Shown here: in pieces, positions 1 through 13,158 of the stretch
Layout of the letters: each line of letters starts with the position of its first letter
Position numbering within the stretch: the stretch's first letter is position 1
The notes under the pieces: generated by a model
The model's database searches: none
Seen by the model: only the letters and a program-made list of their open reading frames with translations
Told to the model about the DNA's origin: nothing
Program-made: the position numbers and the translations under genes
Assembly: GCA_964016885.1 (NCBI GenBank)
Contig: OZ024740.1
Coordinates: 413,850,001-413,914,000 of the forward strand
DNA length: 64,000 bases
Direction of reading: 5' to 3'
DNA from: Eledone cirrhosa
Lineage: Eukaryota

Positions 1-356
1 TAATAATATTGTATTTAAATAGTATAATTCAATTATAGTAACTAATTTGATAAGAGCATTTGACAGACACTCTGTGGTGTAACCGGTCAGGTAGTCTCTC
101 CGCGAGAAAGTTAGATAAGTAGTTTAAGCCCCATCACACGGTCTGCTGCCCCTTGTCATAATATATTGGCATTTATAATATTTAATATCATATCTTTGTG
201 TTTCCTACCTTTTTTTATCGGTATTTAATGTACCAACCTCTGACACATGCGATAAAAAATTATGACAGCCATGAAATTATGATTTTATAAATTATGTATT
301 ATACCACATTAGTATATACGACTGATATGTTAGTACAAAAACTGTCTCAGCCTCAC

Positions 357-505
357 CTTATCATTGATTATATCAAGATTATAATGATGTATACATACTA
401 TAGGGTGACGGATTTTAGAATCAGGTATAGCACCGATATTTCGTTTCATTCTTTTATTTTCTGACTTCAAATCATGCCAGTCTTTGACTGTCACTTTTCT
501 GTTAT
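357..505 (-). CDS. Candidate internal exon of an unidentified host gene (NRKVTVKDWHDLKSENKRMKRNIGAIPDSKIRHPIVCIHHYNLDIINDK)
   Basis: Minus-strand acceptor ttctatag| and donor aag|gtgagg flank an open frame in non-repetitive sequence. The frame contains a furin-like RMKR site. No homology recognised. Confidence 0.3.
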
Positions 506-2741
506 CTATAGAATTAATACCAGTCAAAATAGTGGATCATTTAAATCGAATATAACTCATCATGTATTAATATTTTTATAAATCAATACGACGACTTTTT
601 AATATCAATATATTTAATAATACACTGGTGAAGTATAGATTTTCAATGTTGATTAACCTTAATAAAGTAAGGACTGTGCCACCCGGAGCTGTATTTAGGA
701 GCGTTTGTGAAGGGAGTATGTGTAGTAGCATAACTCTGGGACTTTTTATTTTGTCTCTTTCTCTAGGTACACTCTAGCGCCAGGGAGGTCGACATTGGTG
801 TTCATCTCTTCCGAATTTGACGAAATAAATACCAGTCAAAAGCTGAATAAATAATATCGACTGCGATAGTCCGCAAGTATAGTTGACCCTGTGTCACAAA
901 TGCATATTTAGATAGTGCTGTAAATTATCAGAAACTTTGAACTGCACGCCTAAATGTTTACGTTCTGTATTTAATCCCCGCTATCATTGAATATTCTTTC
1001 CTTTATCTTTCTAGTGTCTACAAGTTAAATACAAATCGAAAGTTGCAGTTGCGTACATCCACTCCTCCCTGCCCTCATACCATCCGGCATTGTTTCACTT
1101 TGAGGATGAAATAGTAACAATTTTCTATGGTAGATGGTTATTTATTTACAGATATGGAAACTCCGTTCACTCATTTATGTACCATGGATACGGTCTAATT
1201 GGCATTATGGCTCTACAAGTGTATCTTGTTTGTTGTTGTTTTACCTTTGCTTCCATCATCTCTGACCGAGCAAACGCATGATCACGAAGGTGCTAATATA
1301 ATATGAAAAGGATAGTGAATCTCAATCTATGTAATAAAATGTTTCCTCCCGTTTTAAAAGACTGTAGGATGTTATTTCGTATAGATATGAAAGCTATTTC
1401 TAGCAGAACTCAAGTCATTCCTTATCAAACATGTATTTGATCCGATCCATTACAGTTTAAAACTAATTATCAATTGTGAATTTCAAAAAGGTAGAGTGTG
1501 AGTTTATTGAGATTTGGTTTTTATTTCTAGCAGGTCAGCCATGTAGAGATTGCTTCTCCGGATCATCCTTCCACACTTTGTAATATATGCTGATACCTAC
1601 ATCAACGTGGCTAGATGAACATTTCTAGTTGAAATATATTATCTGAAACAAAACTGAAAGATAAATAGACTCGGGCGAGCAATAAATATTCTATATTGAT
1701 TAGTTACTCCAAAAATAAAGAACTATTCTCAGAATGGAACATTTTACCAATTCGAACGTTCATAACTGCAGACACTTACATGGAAATAACTTGGTGGTAG
1801 TAAAATATCTGAGGTGCAATATAACACCATTTGCTTATTGGAAACAATTCAAAATAAAAGAAAAATGTATTTTATGATGCAAATTATAGTTCAGCGTAAT
1901 TAGTTAGACAATAAAAACTTAGTTAGGAAATGAATTTAAAACTGCATCATTATAAACACTGTAATGTAATGAAAAACACTCCCGGATGTGCAATATAAGC
2001 ACCTTTATTTTCATTATATTTATGAGTTATCATAAAGTCATATTTTCCGAGCCTTTTTCTGTGTTACAGCTACTAATCAAATATCATCCGAATAACATAG
2101 TACAGTCATACAAAAGATATACTGAATAGGTATAGGCTTGCTTTTCCAGAGCTAATCTGAGGTTTAGCAATAACCACAATATCTTTGTTTTTATAGCAAA
2201 ATGTATTTCTATTTAGCTTTCCCAATTTTATCCTAGCTGAACAATAATCTTGTTATATTTTTCTGTTATATTTTTAAAGTAATTCCTTAGAATCATTTTC
2301 TGTGTTCTTTGTTTCATACCCCTCCATATCCTCCCCTTCATCTTTATTAATCTAATGCCTCTATTTCATTTTCTTATTTTGCCCCTGCTACGGCTATAGC
2401 CACACACTGAAATGGAATAGAACTCCGAGTGTTCTAGTTGCTCGATTAACAAAACAGCCCGCTCACGAAATTAACTTGTAAATTCTAAAGAACATTCACC
2501 ATAACAAATTGTGTACAAGGCCGACCCATTGAGTTGTATGCATAGATCATCGGGTGAGCTTCTAAATAGTTTCCGTCTACCAAATTTCACTTACATGTCT
2601 TAGGTTGACATGTGGCTATGGTAAAATACATTTGCCTATGATGTGTGTGACATCTCACACCTATGCAGATTTAGCTGGCCTTCTCCAAGGTATACCTCGT
2701 TGGAGGTGTCTTGGGTAATTTAATGATAGTGACCCCAGTCC

Positions 2742-2892
2742 TATCATCTTATTTCTACAGCTGAGTAAACTGGAGCAACGTGAAATAAAGTGTCTTGCTC
2801 AAGGAAACAACACATCACCCGGTTCGAGAATTGAACTCACAACCTTTCGATTCCAAGCCCAATGCTCTAACCACTAAGCCATGCGCCTCCAC
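2742..2892 (-). mobile_element. tRNA-derived SINE (family 1)
   Basis: Minus strand has box A TGGCTTAGTGG and box B GAGTTCAATTC, followed by a CCTTGAGCAAGACACTTTATTTCACGTTGCTCC core. Related partial copies lie at ~30465-30560 (+) and ~47295-47407 (-). Confidence 0.8.
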
Positions 2893-3049
2893 ATGCGTCC
2901 ATGATGCCACTTTGTAGGATCGAAAATAATTTCTGAACCATTCGGCCATGTTGCAGTGACACCTATAGCCAAAGGACAGATATAGCACAGCCTTTTTGCA
3001 ATTTCGCCGTCTCAAGACGTACTTAATATCCATATTATCTGTTTACACA

Positions 3050-3237
3050 TTGACAATTGTCCCCCGCTGCTTTTACTGAAATCCGCTAGACTGCGATAGC
3101 CATCAGCCTTTCAATATTCATAGCTAGAAGTCTTTCCAAATGTTTATTATTGAACATACCGTATATCATTAGATATACAAAATTCACATACTTATATGTA
3201 TACACTTAGGTCAGAGCGAAAATTTTAGTTCTACAGT
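3050..3237 (+). mobile_element. Diverged 3' part of the HHR mini-element family seen at 6857-7215
   Basis: Colinear with 7044-7215 (gacaat..gtccc, gcgatagcca, catagcta, aaatgtttatt, aacataccgtatatc). Confidence 0.6.
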
Positions 3238-3349
3238 TTTTATATATATATATATAGTTTCAGAAGATCCCGTTAAGGGTGAAAGCAGCGATTCTTTGCT
3301 TAAACTTTAATCTGTTATTTTAATAAATTAATAAATATATATATATATA

Positions 3350-4312
3350 AATATAAGTATGTACACGTACATACATATATGTATACAGACGTACAATAGT
3401 ATGTTTATATATACATACATGCACACATATATATATGTACGTATGGATTAACCGAACATTTATTACAATGCTCGGTGTGTTTGTAAACAAACATCCCGTA
3501 TTAAGCCGTAGTGTCCAGCAACCATCGTTGCTCGTTTGTTCAACACTAGCAAAGGAACGCTGTACTAGTTTCAAGCTTATTAGCTATCGTCAGCAACGTA
3601 TACCTTCCTGCCAGATTGTTGAACGTATATACTTACCTTATGCATATTAACGGCTGAGTAGCCCAATTTGCATATCGAGTGGGTTAATCGGCCGGGTGCA
3701 CCGAAAACGATAAACGGAAAAAATGAAACGAAATTTCATTTCTCACTCTTAGTACGGGAATAAAATAACAGGAGGCTGGACTGGTGTAAATCCTTGAAAG
3801 GTTTATTATACTATTATACTAAATTCGGGGTACGGCCGACTGAGGTAGAAGCTGCTTGCACACATATATATAGGCACGTATCGGTATATGTATATATATA
3901 CATACTACTGTACGTCTGTATACATATATGTATGTACGTATACATACATACATACTTACATTTAAGTAAGTGCCGTACTAAGAGTGAGAAATGAAATTTC
4001 GTTTCATTCTATTCCATTTATCGTTTTCAGTGCGCCCGGCCGACTGAACTCACTCGATATGCAAATTAAGCTGCTCAGCCGTTAATATGCATAAGGTGGG
4101 TATATACTTTCGGACGTTCAACCATCTGGCGATAGCTAATAAGCTTGAAACTAGTACATCGTTCCTGTGTCAGTGTTGAACAAAAAGGTGACGTGGTTGC
4201 CTAAGCACTGTACGGCGTAATTCGGGCTGTTTGTTTGTTTACAATCAAACAAACCGAGCATTATAATAAATGTTCGGTAAACCGATACGTGCATAAATAT
4301 ATGTGTGTATAT
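3350..4312. repeat. Inverted pair of the 428-bp HHR-bearing repeat unit
   Basis: 3350-3757 matches the unit at 45031-45458. 3885-4312 is a circularly permuted reverse-complement copy. About 110 bp of unique spacer lies between them. Confidence 0.85.
3557..3599 (-). ncRNA. Minimal type I hammerhead ribozyme
   Basis: Minus strand reads acguug CUGACGA u agc uaauaa gcu u GAAA cuag UA cagcgu. Stem I is acguug/cagcgu and stem III is the palindrome CUAG. Confidence 0.75.
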
Positions 4313-6065
4313 ATATATGTCTATATAACCTATTGCTGAGCAATTATATATGTCTATATATATATGTCTATATAACCTATTGCTGAGCAATTTCTCGTGT
4401 CCAGATTGAGAAAAATATTGAAGTTGTGACACAAGAATACGATGCTGCTTGTAAGATAGCCATTTAATGTAAGGTTTTTTGCCAGCGAGAGGTTAGATAG
4501 TTTAGCGGCATATTCAATACAAACATTTCCCATATAATCAAAGATATAAAATACGTTTTAACTTCAAATGAACCAGTGTAAAATTCGTGGTATATTTGCT
4601 AAATAAACGTGTAGTCTTTTCCATAACAAAAGAATTCATAAGGCTGGTACATATCTTTAGTTTTGTGTACCACTCATTGGATGGAGGACAAGTACTTTTG
4701 TGACCACAAACAAAATAGCTGGGCAACAAAACCTTGCTTAATTTAAATGCGGTCTCTGCATAATATTAGGGATTTCTCATTGTGTATAGTTGAACTACAC
4801 CATTACGTGTTACATATTTATACCCCTTCTACAGCACACAGTAACATGGGAAATCTACATTTCTAATATATGCTCCAATTCACCTCATAGATTGGATATC
4901 TACTCTATCTGTTTAGAAATATTTTCTACAATACCTAGTAGTGGTGTGTTATATTCCTTCTGTTTATTATACAAAGTAAGAATAGGTAATTGTTTATATG
5001 AACACGATTTTAACTCTTTTGATCACGTATATGTATTTAAATCTACACATATTACAGTATAATGTCTCATTTGATTTTACAATGTTGGAACCAATGTGAC
5101 CCCATCTGTATATATTGAAATACATATTCATATTGAATGTTATTAATTCTGTTTCTCAGTTATTTTCATGAAACTGGTTGTTGCATTAGTTTTCATAAAA
5201 TTCCTTCACATACTTGAAAAGAGATTGCTACATAATTTCGATATTAGTTCAGATGCAAGAATAATTTTCCTTCAATGACAAATAGTTTGTATCCCTTGCA
5301 TCTATTAACTGCAATTTAGCTTTACAAGCTTTTCATCATATCGCTATGTCCATAGAGAGAATAGCTGCATCTGTGATTACCATCTCCAGACCGTAAACAT
5401 GCTCGACTCTGTGTTTAATGAATCTACTCATGATCTTGTGACATGCAAAGTCTTTTATCTAATACTATGACAGCTGCTTAGATTTTCAGCGTGAATACAA
5501 TTGCCAGATTTATCTTTTATTAACTACAATACTGTATCGATTATAAAGCTTTCTCGCACATCAAAATGGTAAACTGCGCAATCCCTCGTTAGACTGTCCT
5601 TTAGCGAAAGCTAAGCGACACAGTATTATCTGTATGGCGATAATATATGAAGCAAACAAAGCAATTCTCAATAGGAATAATAACCACTATATTACAGTCT
5701 GATTTTTCTGCAATTACACACACATTTGTCTACTCACGTTTGTTATTTTCATTCATTCCTGCTCTAATTAAGAAATATATCAAAAAGAGATAATGCAAGT
5801 TATTAAAGACGTTCGTTTGTGGTTAACCACTTTACCGATCAGGGATTGTTTTCAAGCTTTAACCGCTTCCCATCACATATAACAACTTGAAAAGCAAGAA
5901 TATCACACTAATCCATTAGTCCATAGTCCAATACATCTCAAAAGATGGTATTGTTTATAGCTGAAATACCTTTGTTCATACGTCTGTTGAACTAATATGG
6001 ACCTGAGGGTAAACATAAGGAAGATAATTTCGAAATATTATTCAGTAGGTGTAAACTTGACTTAC

Positions 6066-6235
6066 ACCTTCGTACAGAAGATATTAAACTTATATACGTA
6101 TTTCGTTGAATGTCAGTATACGAAAATTCGTGGTAAGAAAAATCAATGACGTATTTTGGATCCCTAGAGGAGTCTGTATACTTCGGTGATTTTTCTTTGA
6201 AAAGCACGAGCTTCTTCCTCTTCATATATTTTACA
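6066..6235 (-). CDS. Candidate internal exon (VKYMKRKKLVLFKEKSPKYTDSSRDPKYVIDFSYHEFSYTDIQRNTYISLISSVRR)
   Basis: Acceptor ttattgtcag| and donor ggt|gtaagt bound a 170-nt open frame. It ends in phase 1, compatible with the candidate exon at 357-505. Confidence 0.3.
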
Positions 6236-6856
6236 CTGACAATAACGAATGTGACACATGGATTGAATTATTTGATTTTATTATAATTAATTATGATTAG
6301 TTGTAACAGGCTGACTTGTCTTTGACACATATTACAAAATGATAATCTTCAGTAACCATTCAATAACAAAAAGACCCGAGTGTTTCGTATTTCATTTTAT
6401 GTCAATTATGGTTTATCATGTTCATCGTAAAAGTTTAAGTGAAATGATAGCAATGTGGGAAAGTAGAACAGAAATCGAATGAGTATCTCTACCAATCAGT
6501 TTCTCATTTCCAATGAATACAACGAATATATCTTTATTAATTTCTGTTTAACCCAAATCCAAGGATCTATATTTGTGAGGGCAATGTATATCTAAACGGA
6601 GTGTGCCACGAAGTTGGTGTAAAAGGTCTTTAAACGAACATAGAAACCACTATATGGTCCCAACTTATCAGCAGTCAATACCTATTGGCTACTGCATACA
6701 GCACTCCGGGGGTGGAATATTTACAAAACTGCGCTTCACAATATATCAATTTTCCGTGAATTTAGATATTGATTTAAAATGAAAATACAAAGGTACAAAA
6801 TCAGTCAGACTTAATAGTAATTACAAAATGCTAATAAAAACAAACTAACTTTCGTA

Positions 6857-7215
6857 TTGGGATTTCGTATTTCTACAGAAATACAGTATGTTTATAAACA
6901 AACATTTAGAAAAACTATAGCTATGCAAAAACACCTGTGGCTATCGCCACCTGGTGGTGTCCAGCAGAATCAAGGGGAACAATCGTCGATACAAGAAAGG
7001 GATGGATCGTCCTGATGAGACCCAGTTCAGTTCGAAATGCATCGACAATCGTCCCACTTGCTTCTGCTGGACACCACCAGGTAGCGATAGCCACCGGTGC
7101 TTTGGCATAGCTATGGCTTTCTAAATGTTTATTTATAAACATACCGTATATCGAGATACGAAATTCCAATACATATCTGTATACAGCTATGCTCAAAGCT
7201 AAATTCTAATTCTAA
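6857..7215 (+). mobile_element. Non-coding fold-back mini-element with central hammerhead ribozyme (Penelope-like pLTR architecture)
   Basis: Inverted arms at ~6857-6990 and 7041-7170, with an unpaired 3' tail to ~7215 and an HHR at 7005-7050. Confidence 0.8.
7005..7050 (+). ncRNA. Minimal type I hammerhead ribozyme
   Basis: gaucguc CUGAUGA ga..uc GAAA ugca UC gacaauc. Stem III is the palindrome UGCA; stem II is weak. Confidence 0.7.
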
Positions 7216-8148
7216 ACTAATTTTATTTTTAATAAATTATGTTCATAAATGCTAAAGCATAATAATCTCTAACATAAAAATATTCGGATTAATACGAAAG
7301 TATTCAAAATGAAGGGCTTCCTATAATTTCCTAACAATTAGATATAGCTTTCAAACGCAATGACAAATTACACTAAAATGTAATTTCTTAAGTGTGAGAA
7401 GAAATTAATCATGAAACTAGGTGTAAATAAATGGTTTTTCAATAGCGATCGTTTGCCCAATAATTACTAAGAAGGTCTATGAAGCTAGACAAATAAACAA
7501 ATATAAGACATTGATATTTATATAAATAACTTCTTGAGATAATATAAATGTATGAATAAAACAAAAATAATGCTCACCCATAAATACATAAAGTTAGAAT
7601 TGAGTAACACTCATAACGTTTCGAGATTAATGGTTGCTGTTGAAATATTATGTTGATATATAATATTGAAATATCTGCATATCTCTAATGTTAGTTTTGA
7701 TTTAATGATGTGGTGTGTAGACAATATACGCAAACAATTCTATTTAATACCTATTATTAAAGACGTAGAAAAATATTTTGAAAAATACGCACATCCTATA
7801 AATTCTAGTTCAATTTAATAGAAAAAATAGAAATGCGAACAAATGTTACTAATTTAGATGAGGTCCTGGCAATTTGAAGGTAAGAAATGTTTATTTAATT
7901 GCCCCTAGGACTGGGACTTTATTTACTCGACCCAGGAAAGATGTACGGGGAATTTGACGGAAAAAATACCAGAGACTAATTTGTCATACAAATTACAATT
8001 TCAATTATGAAATAGGAAATGAAAAGTAATTCAATATTACTATCGTTTATTTTCATGATACTTGATATATACTTACTAAATTGAGCGATGTACAGAATTG
8101 TAGTCAACCTGCAATTTAGTTAGACAATTCTCTCTTTCTCTCTCTCCA

Positions 8149-8206
<58 letters not shown>

Positions 8207-8870
8207 CAAGTTAAGTACTTAACAGTTTCATGGCTGCATATACAACCGGCTCTTTCAAATATTATCAAAGCATTTCTGGAAATATTTAAATATTTCCTTT
8301 CCCGCTCTTTTCAACGTGTTCACAGTTCCTATTTCGTACAGTTGGATCTACTGTTTATGTCCCTTTACTCTGCCATATAACCATGTTCTGATTTGTCCAA
8401 TATATTCTTCTTTGCATTGTATAACAATTGTTGAACGGTTATGAACCAAGAAGTAATTCCAATTACATAAGGGGCTTCTTAGAGGATAAAATATATTTTT
8501 CATCTATATGAGGAATAACTGGAATAACTGGAAACGGTATTTGGGTGACTGTTTCACAATTACGTGATAAGCAGGCTACACAAATCAATAAAACATAGAA
8601 TGGAAAGACATGAAAATGACCTGTAGTTTGGGGCCATTTTAGTTATCAAAATACAGGAAAATATTAAAACATTATTGTATAAAAAAGATACGTATCAATA
8701 TTTCGGTCTTACCATCCTTTAATAATTTTCACCTTAGTAATGGACAGCCAATCGAAAGAATTTGTTTTCAAAGAATATATTGAAGAGTGTGAATAAACTA
8801 CTTTTAAAATCGGAGAAACATTTAAAATTAACATGGATTTCAATTGCGAATCGAGAAACTTTATTAATAG
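8207..8870. mobile_element. Decayed Penelope-like element with inverted halves
   Basis: Minus strand ~8285-8425 reads QCKEEYIGQIRTWLYGRVKGHKQ*I..CEHVEKSGKGNI*IFP (GIY-YIG), followed by a degenerate HHR at ~8218-8268. Plus strand reads NWKRYLGDCF at ~8527-8556 (RT motif C relic) and GETFKINMDFNCESRNFI at ~8812-8865 (pre-endonuclease linker). Confidence 0.65.
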
Positions 8871-9039
8871 TGGTACAAGACTGAAACAATAATAATCAGA
8901 AAATTTGATCCTAATCCTTTTCAAATATACTCACGGGTCTAGAATAATCACCGCTTATTAATTTAAAAACTTACCGATTTTCCACAAAAACAACACTCCA
9001 CTTGTTCCACCACCACCCCCACCTCCCAGTCCTGTAGTG

Positions 9040-9048
<9 letters not shown>

Positions 9049-9123
<75 letters not shown>
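9049..9123. repeat. (TAG)n microsatellite
   Basis: Perfect trinucleotide run; explains the poly-V and poly-Y ORFs. Confidence 0.97.
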
Positions 9124-9666
9124 ATTTATATCATCTGTAGTTGTAGTAGTATTAATCATTACAATACACGTGTATCCCTGCAAGTGTTCCGCCATAACAG
9201 AATACTTCTATTCATTGTGCCCAAGAAAAATATTCAGGCAATTGTTAGGCGAATCAATCGTAACTTTTCCTCCGTATTTTCAGATACATAGTATCTGGGC
9301 CATTTTGAAAACGTAATAGGGATTGATTAGATAGAGATTTGGCTGAATGAGTAAGTGTCCTTCTATAATATCTAAACAGAGTTTGTCAGGGTTTTAGGGA
9401 ATTTTCTATTTCCGATTCAATTGATATACAGAACGTAAACGAAAATCCAAACGCGCTTATTATAGAATAAAAATGTCTTCCCATTATTGAGAATTGGCAG
9501 TATCGGTAGAGCGTCAGACACTATGCTTTACAGCATAGAATTATGGCCCTTTACAGCCTCAATCAAATATATGGCCCCAATCAAATATATCTACACCTGT
9601 CCCAGACACGTGAAAATGAGATTAACAATCTTATAACCATCTCTTAAACATGATTATGCAGCTGAG

Positions 9667-9861
9667 GGGCAGTGGATTGGCAGTATCAGTAGAGGGTCGG
9701 ACGCCATGCTTTGCAGCAAAGAGTTACGGCCCTTTCTGGTCTGAGTTCAAATACGGTCGAGGTTAACTTTGCCTTTCATCCTTACGGGTTCGATAAAATA
9801 AAGTACCAGTAATACACTGCGATAATTGCTGGCCTTGTGCCAAAAGTAGAAACAATTATTA
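9667..9861 (+). mobile_element. tRNA-derived SINE (family 2, Meta/Nin-like core)
   Basis: A-box-like TGGCAGTATCAGT, B box GAGTTCAAAT, core CTTTGCCTTTCATCCTTACGGGTTCGATAAAATAAAGTACCAG, and tail GGCCTTGTGCCAAAAGTAGAAACAATTATT. Confidence 0.85.
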
Positions 9862-11388
9862 TTAATCCCCATACATAAAGCCGTGCAGGGAACGCCGAAT
9901 GAAACTATGGAAGCGAATAAGCAAAGACTTCTCTGAGGTTTCTTAGCACACCTATTTATATTTCAATTCAATGTCTGCTTACATTAATATTTATAATCAC
10001 GTTTTGTGTTATTTTCGTGTGTGTGAATATATTTGTGAGTGTGATTATGTGCTTTGTCTTGTGTCGGTTTCTATATGTTCGTATATATGAACATATGAAT
10101 CATGGGTTGTAAAATAAAAAAAAAGCTTTAAATACCAGACAAACTTCGTTGAAATATATAGTTACTTCTATCACAAACTGACAATCACGAGATAACTGAC
10201 AAGACATCAATATGGCCAAATATCAGATCGTTTCCATTTACCAACACGAGTAAATCGAAGATTGCGTGTGCGGCCAAATTCGTTTACAAAACATTTTTTA
10301 AGAAAATAATTTTCTTTCTATTTAATTTTTAGTTCTTATCTTTTGATTATTTGTTTCTGTAATTTATAGTTCTTTTTTATGTATCTTACGTTTTCCTCTT
10401 GTGTTTGGCTGCTATTTCAGAAATCTTCTCATTTTCTTTTACAACGCATCCATCATTTTTTTGCTATCTATCATGGCAGATTTGAATAATTTAGCATTAA
10501 AATAAAATTTACTGGTTCTGTTTTAATATCTATGTACTTGTTTTTGTTATTGTGTTATCGCTTCTGTCGTTCCGTTTTATATATTATTTTCTTTGAAGGT
10601 GAACAATCCGATTAGTCAAATTATATTTGAAGCAGTCATCCTAATCAACATGCACGTTCTGAACTTCGTATCATATATTTTGCTTATCAACATGCATATA
10701 TACATTTATGGATATATTTGACTACACAACATCAGATAGTCTATGATTAGTTTGCAACTTCCAGATAATATGTATGAATGAAACGGAAGAAATATGCAAA
10801 GGTTTCCACAAAAAAGTTTTCTGAAAACACATACATATAATTCATATACATTTTCGATGGAAGGCGTGAACCACTAAGTACTTGCTTGACGTGCTAGAAA
10901 GAGCAGTAAATTTCAATATTTTTAGAGCCGTTCTGTTCTATTTTAAGCGCGTTTGAGGATACATTTTGATGGTAGATGTCTCCTCTTCAGGGTGACATTC
11001 AGTTCAGGTTTAGCAGGCGTGTCATAGAACACTTGGTATTTATAGCATTTTCTCATAGTTTTTGTTAACATTCTTGACTACATACTGAGAATCTATCAGT
11101 GTGAGTTTTGTAGCCTATTCTTATCGTTTAGTCTGCTTCGGTTCGATATTCCTTTTAACACTTTCCCAATACAGTGTTTGGATCGTTGCCGCCAAAGATG
11201 ATGTACCAAAATGTAACATACGTATCGTCTGAATATGGCGAAATGAGCATCTGAGAGAAGGGTTAACAATATAGTCATAGAATATAACAGGTAAGATGGT
11301 GATAGTAGGAATTTCTTTGATCATATATCTGCTGGGATGTTAACTGGGCCTAAAGAATAAACAATACATTTAGACATACATACATACA

Positions 11389-11995
11389 TGGTGGCTGCCA
11401 ACTCGTTTTCGAGTACGGCCACTACTTTATATCCATGTAGGAGAACCCCTATCGATGCGCTGAACGAGTGTGACTTTTTAGTCCAGCCAGCGACTTGAAC
11501 ACTCTGGTACAAACACTACACTTGTGACAATTATTGACACATAGTGCTGGGCCCATGGTACCGTGTGACGACAAGTGCAGAGAGATCTCCAGATATAAAG
11601 CAATGCCTGTGCCGTGAAGCTTTTATAGTGAGCAAAGGCACTGCACAAAGCCAGTCCCACTCTCTTAACCAAGATGATATTTACCAAAAAGAAGAACAAG
11701 TCAACATCATTGGATACCATCAGGGTTGCAGGTGTTATATCAGAGTTTTCCTTCTCCTAGAATTCTGCCTTGACAAAGGCTAAGGGGTCATCTCTCCCGG
11801 TGATTTTGGATTTTCATTGACTCTTACGAGCTCATTTGCCCTTTGACAGGTTTTGTTTTTAGTCCTGCAGGATGTCCAAAGTCACCCTCCTCACCAAGAA
11901 ACCTTGGTGGGGGTGCCAGTTTAGTCGCCAACGATCCGACCATGAGACAGGTTGTACTGGGATACATGTTACCAGTAGCACCAACTGGTGACCTG

Positions 11996-11998
<3 letters not shown>
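11389..11998 (-). mobile_element. Non-autonomous bipartite RTE derivative (5'UTR fused to 3' zinc-finger end) with (TATG)n tail
   Basis: Minus strand carries the RTE 5'UTR motif GGCAG..CTAGGAGAAGGAAAACTCTG, then C-terminal [13 protein letters not shown](L)[12 protein letters not shown] and a (TATG)n tail. Confidence 0.75.
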
Positions 11999-12052
<54 letters not shown>

Positions 12053-12140
12053 AACACACATATATATATACACACATACATACATACATACATACATACA
12101 TACATACATACATACATACATACATACATACATACATACA

Positions 12141-12549
12141 TGGTGGCTGCCAACACGTTTTCGAGTACGGCCACTACTTTATATCCATGTAGGAGAACCC
12201 CTACCGATGCGCTGAACGAGTGTGACTTTTTAGTCCAGCCAGCGACTTGAAAACTCTGGTACAAACACTACACTTGTGACAATTATTGACACATAGTGCT
12301 GGGTCCATGGTACCATGTGATGACAAGTGCAGAGAGATCTCCAGATATAAAGCAATGCCTGTGCCGTGAAGCTTTTATAGTGAGCAAAGGCACTGCACAA
12401 AGCCAGTCCCACTCTCTTAACCAAGATGATATTTACCAAAAAGAAGAACAAGTCAACATCATTGGATACCATCAGAGTTGCAGGTGTTATATCAGAGTTT
12501 CCTTCTCCTAGAATTCTGCCTTGACAAAGGCTAAGGGGTCATCTCTCCC
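12141..12549 (-). mobile_element. Second, 5'-truncated copy of the bipartite RTE derivative
   Basis: Near-identical to 11389-11798 and flanked by (TACA)n. Confidence 0.8.
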
Positions 12550-12569
12550 TACATACATACATACATACA

Positions 12570-12602
<33 letters not shown>

Positions 12603-12603
<1 letters not shown>

Positions 12604-13039
12604 AGGAGAATATTTATGCGGAACTAATGAGAAATCTGCAGATACACCACCCTGATTTTACCTTCAGATTTATGTCTGGGGCAGTAGGATATGTTAGTAA
12701 CTGTCTCAATACAAATCTTGAGAAACTGGGCTTCACAGGAACAGAAAGAACACAACTAGTTAGGAAATTACAAGTACAATCCAGTAAAAATTAACAGTAA
12801 AAATATGTAAAACATTCAAAAAAATGTGCATCTAATAACTGCACATGTACAGATACAAAGCATATGAACATGCACACATCTAACTCAAAACATCCACATC
12901 CACACATACAATAACATCAATACCTACACATGCATGCATGCAGACAAGTGTAAATTCCAATGAGAGAGTCTTGCAACTATGTTAACAACCGATTCTCTCT
13001 CTATTGACAAATATTTGTGAAATTATAAAACCAGAAGAA
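12603..13039 (+). mobile_element. 3' fragment of Dong/R4 element
   Basis: Colinear with 16023-16490 and ends at the same terminus ATTATAAAACCAGAAGAA, inside (TACA)n. Confidence 0.9.
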
Positions 13040-13071
13040 TACATACACACATACATACATACATACATACA

Positions 13072-13105
<34 letters not shown>

Positions 13106-13158
13106 CATATATACATATATACACATGCATATAGTTATATACATATTTACACATTTGA

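Noticed and set aside
2810-2892. tRNA gene
   Set aside because: A and B boxes continue into a repeated SINE body, with no acceptor stem or terminator.
10950-11250. Possible minus-strand exon after cccttctctcag
   Set aside because: All frames stop soon, with no clear donor or recognisable homology.
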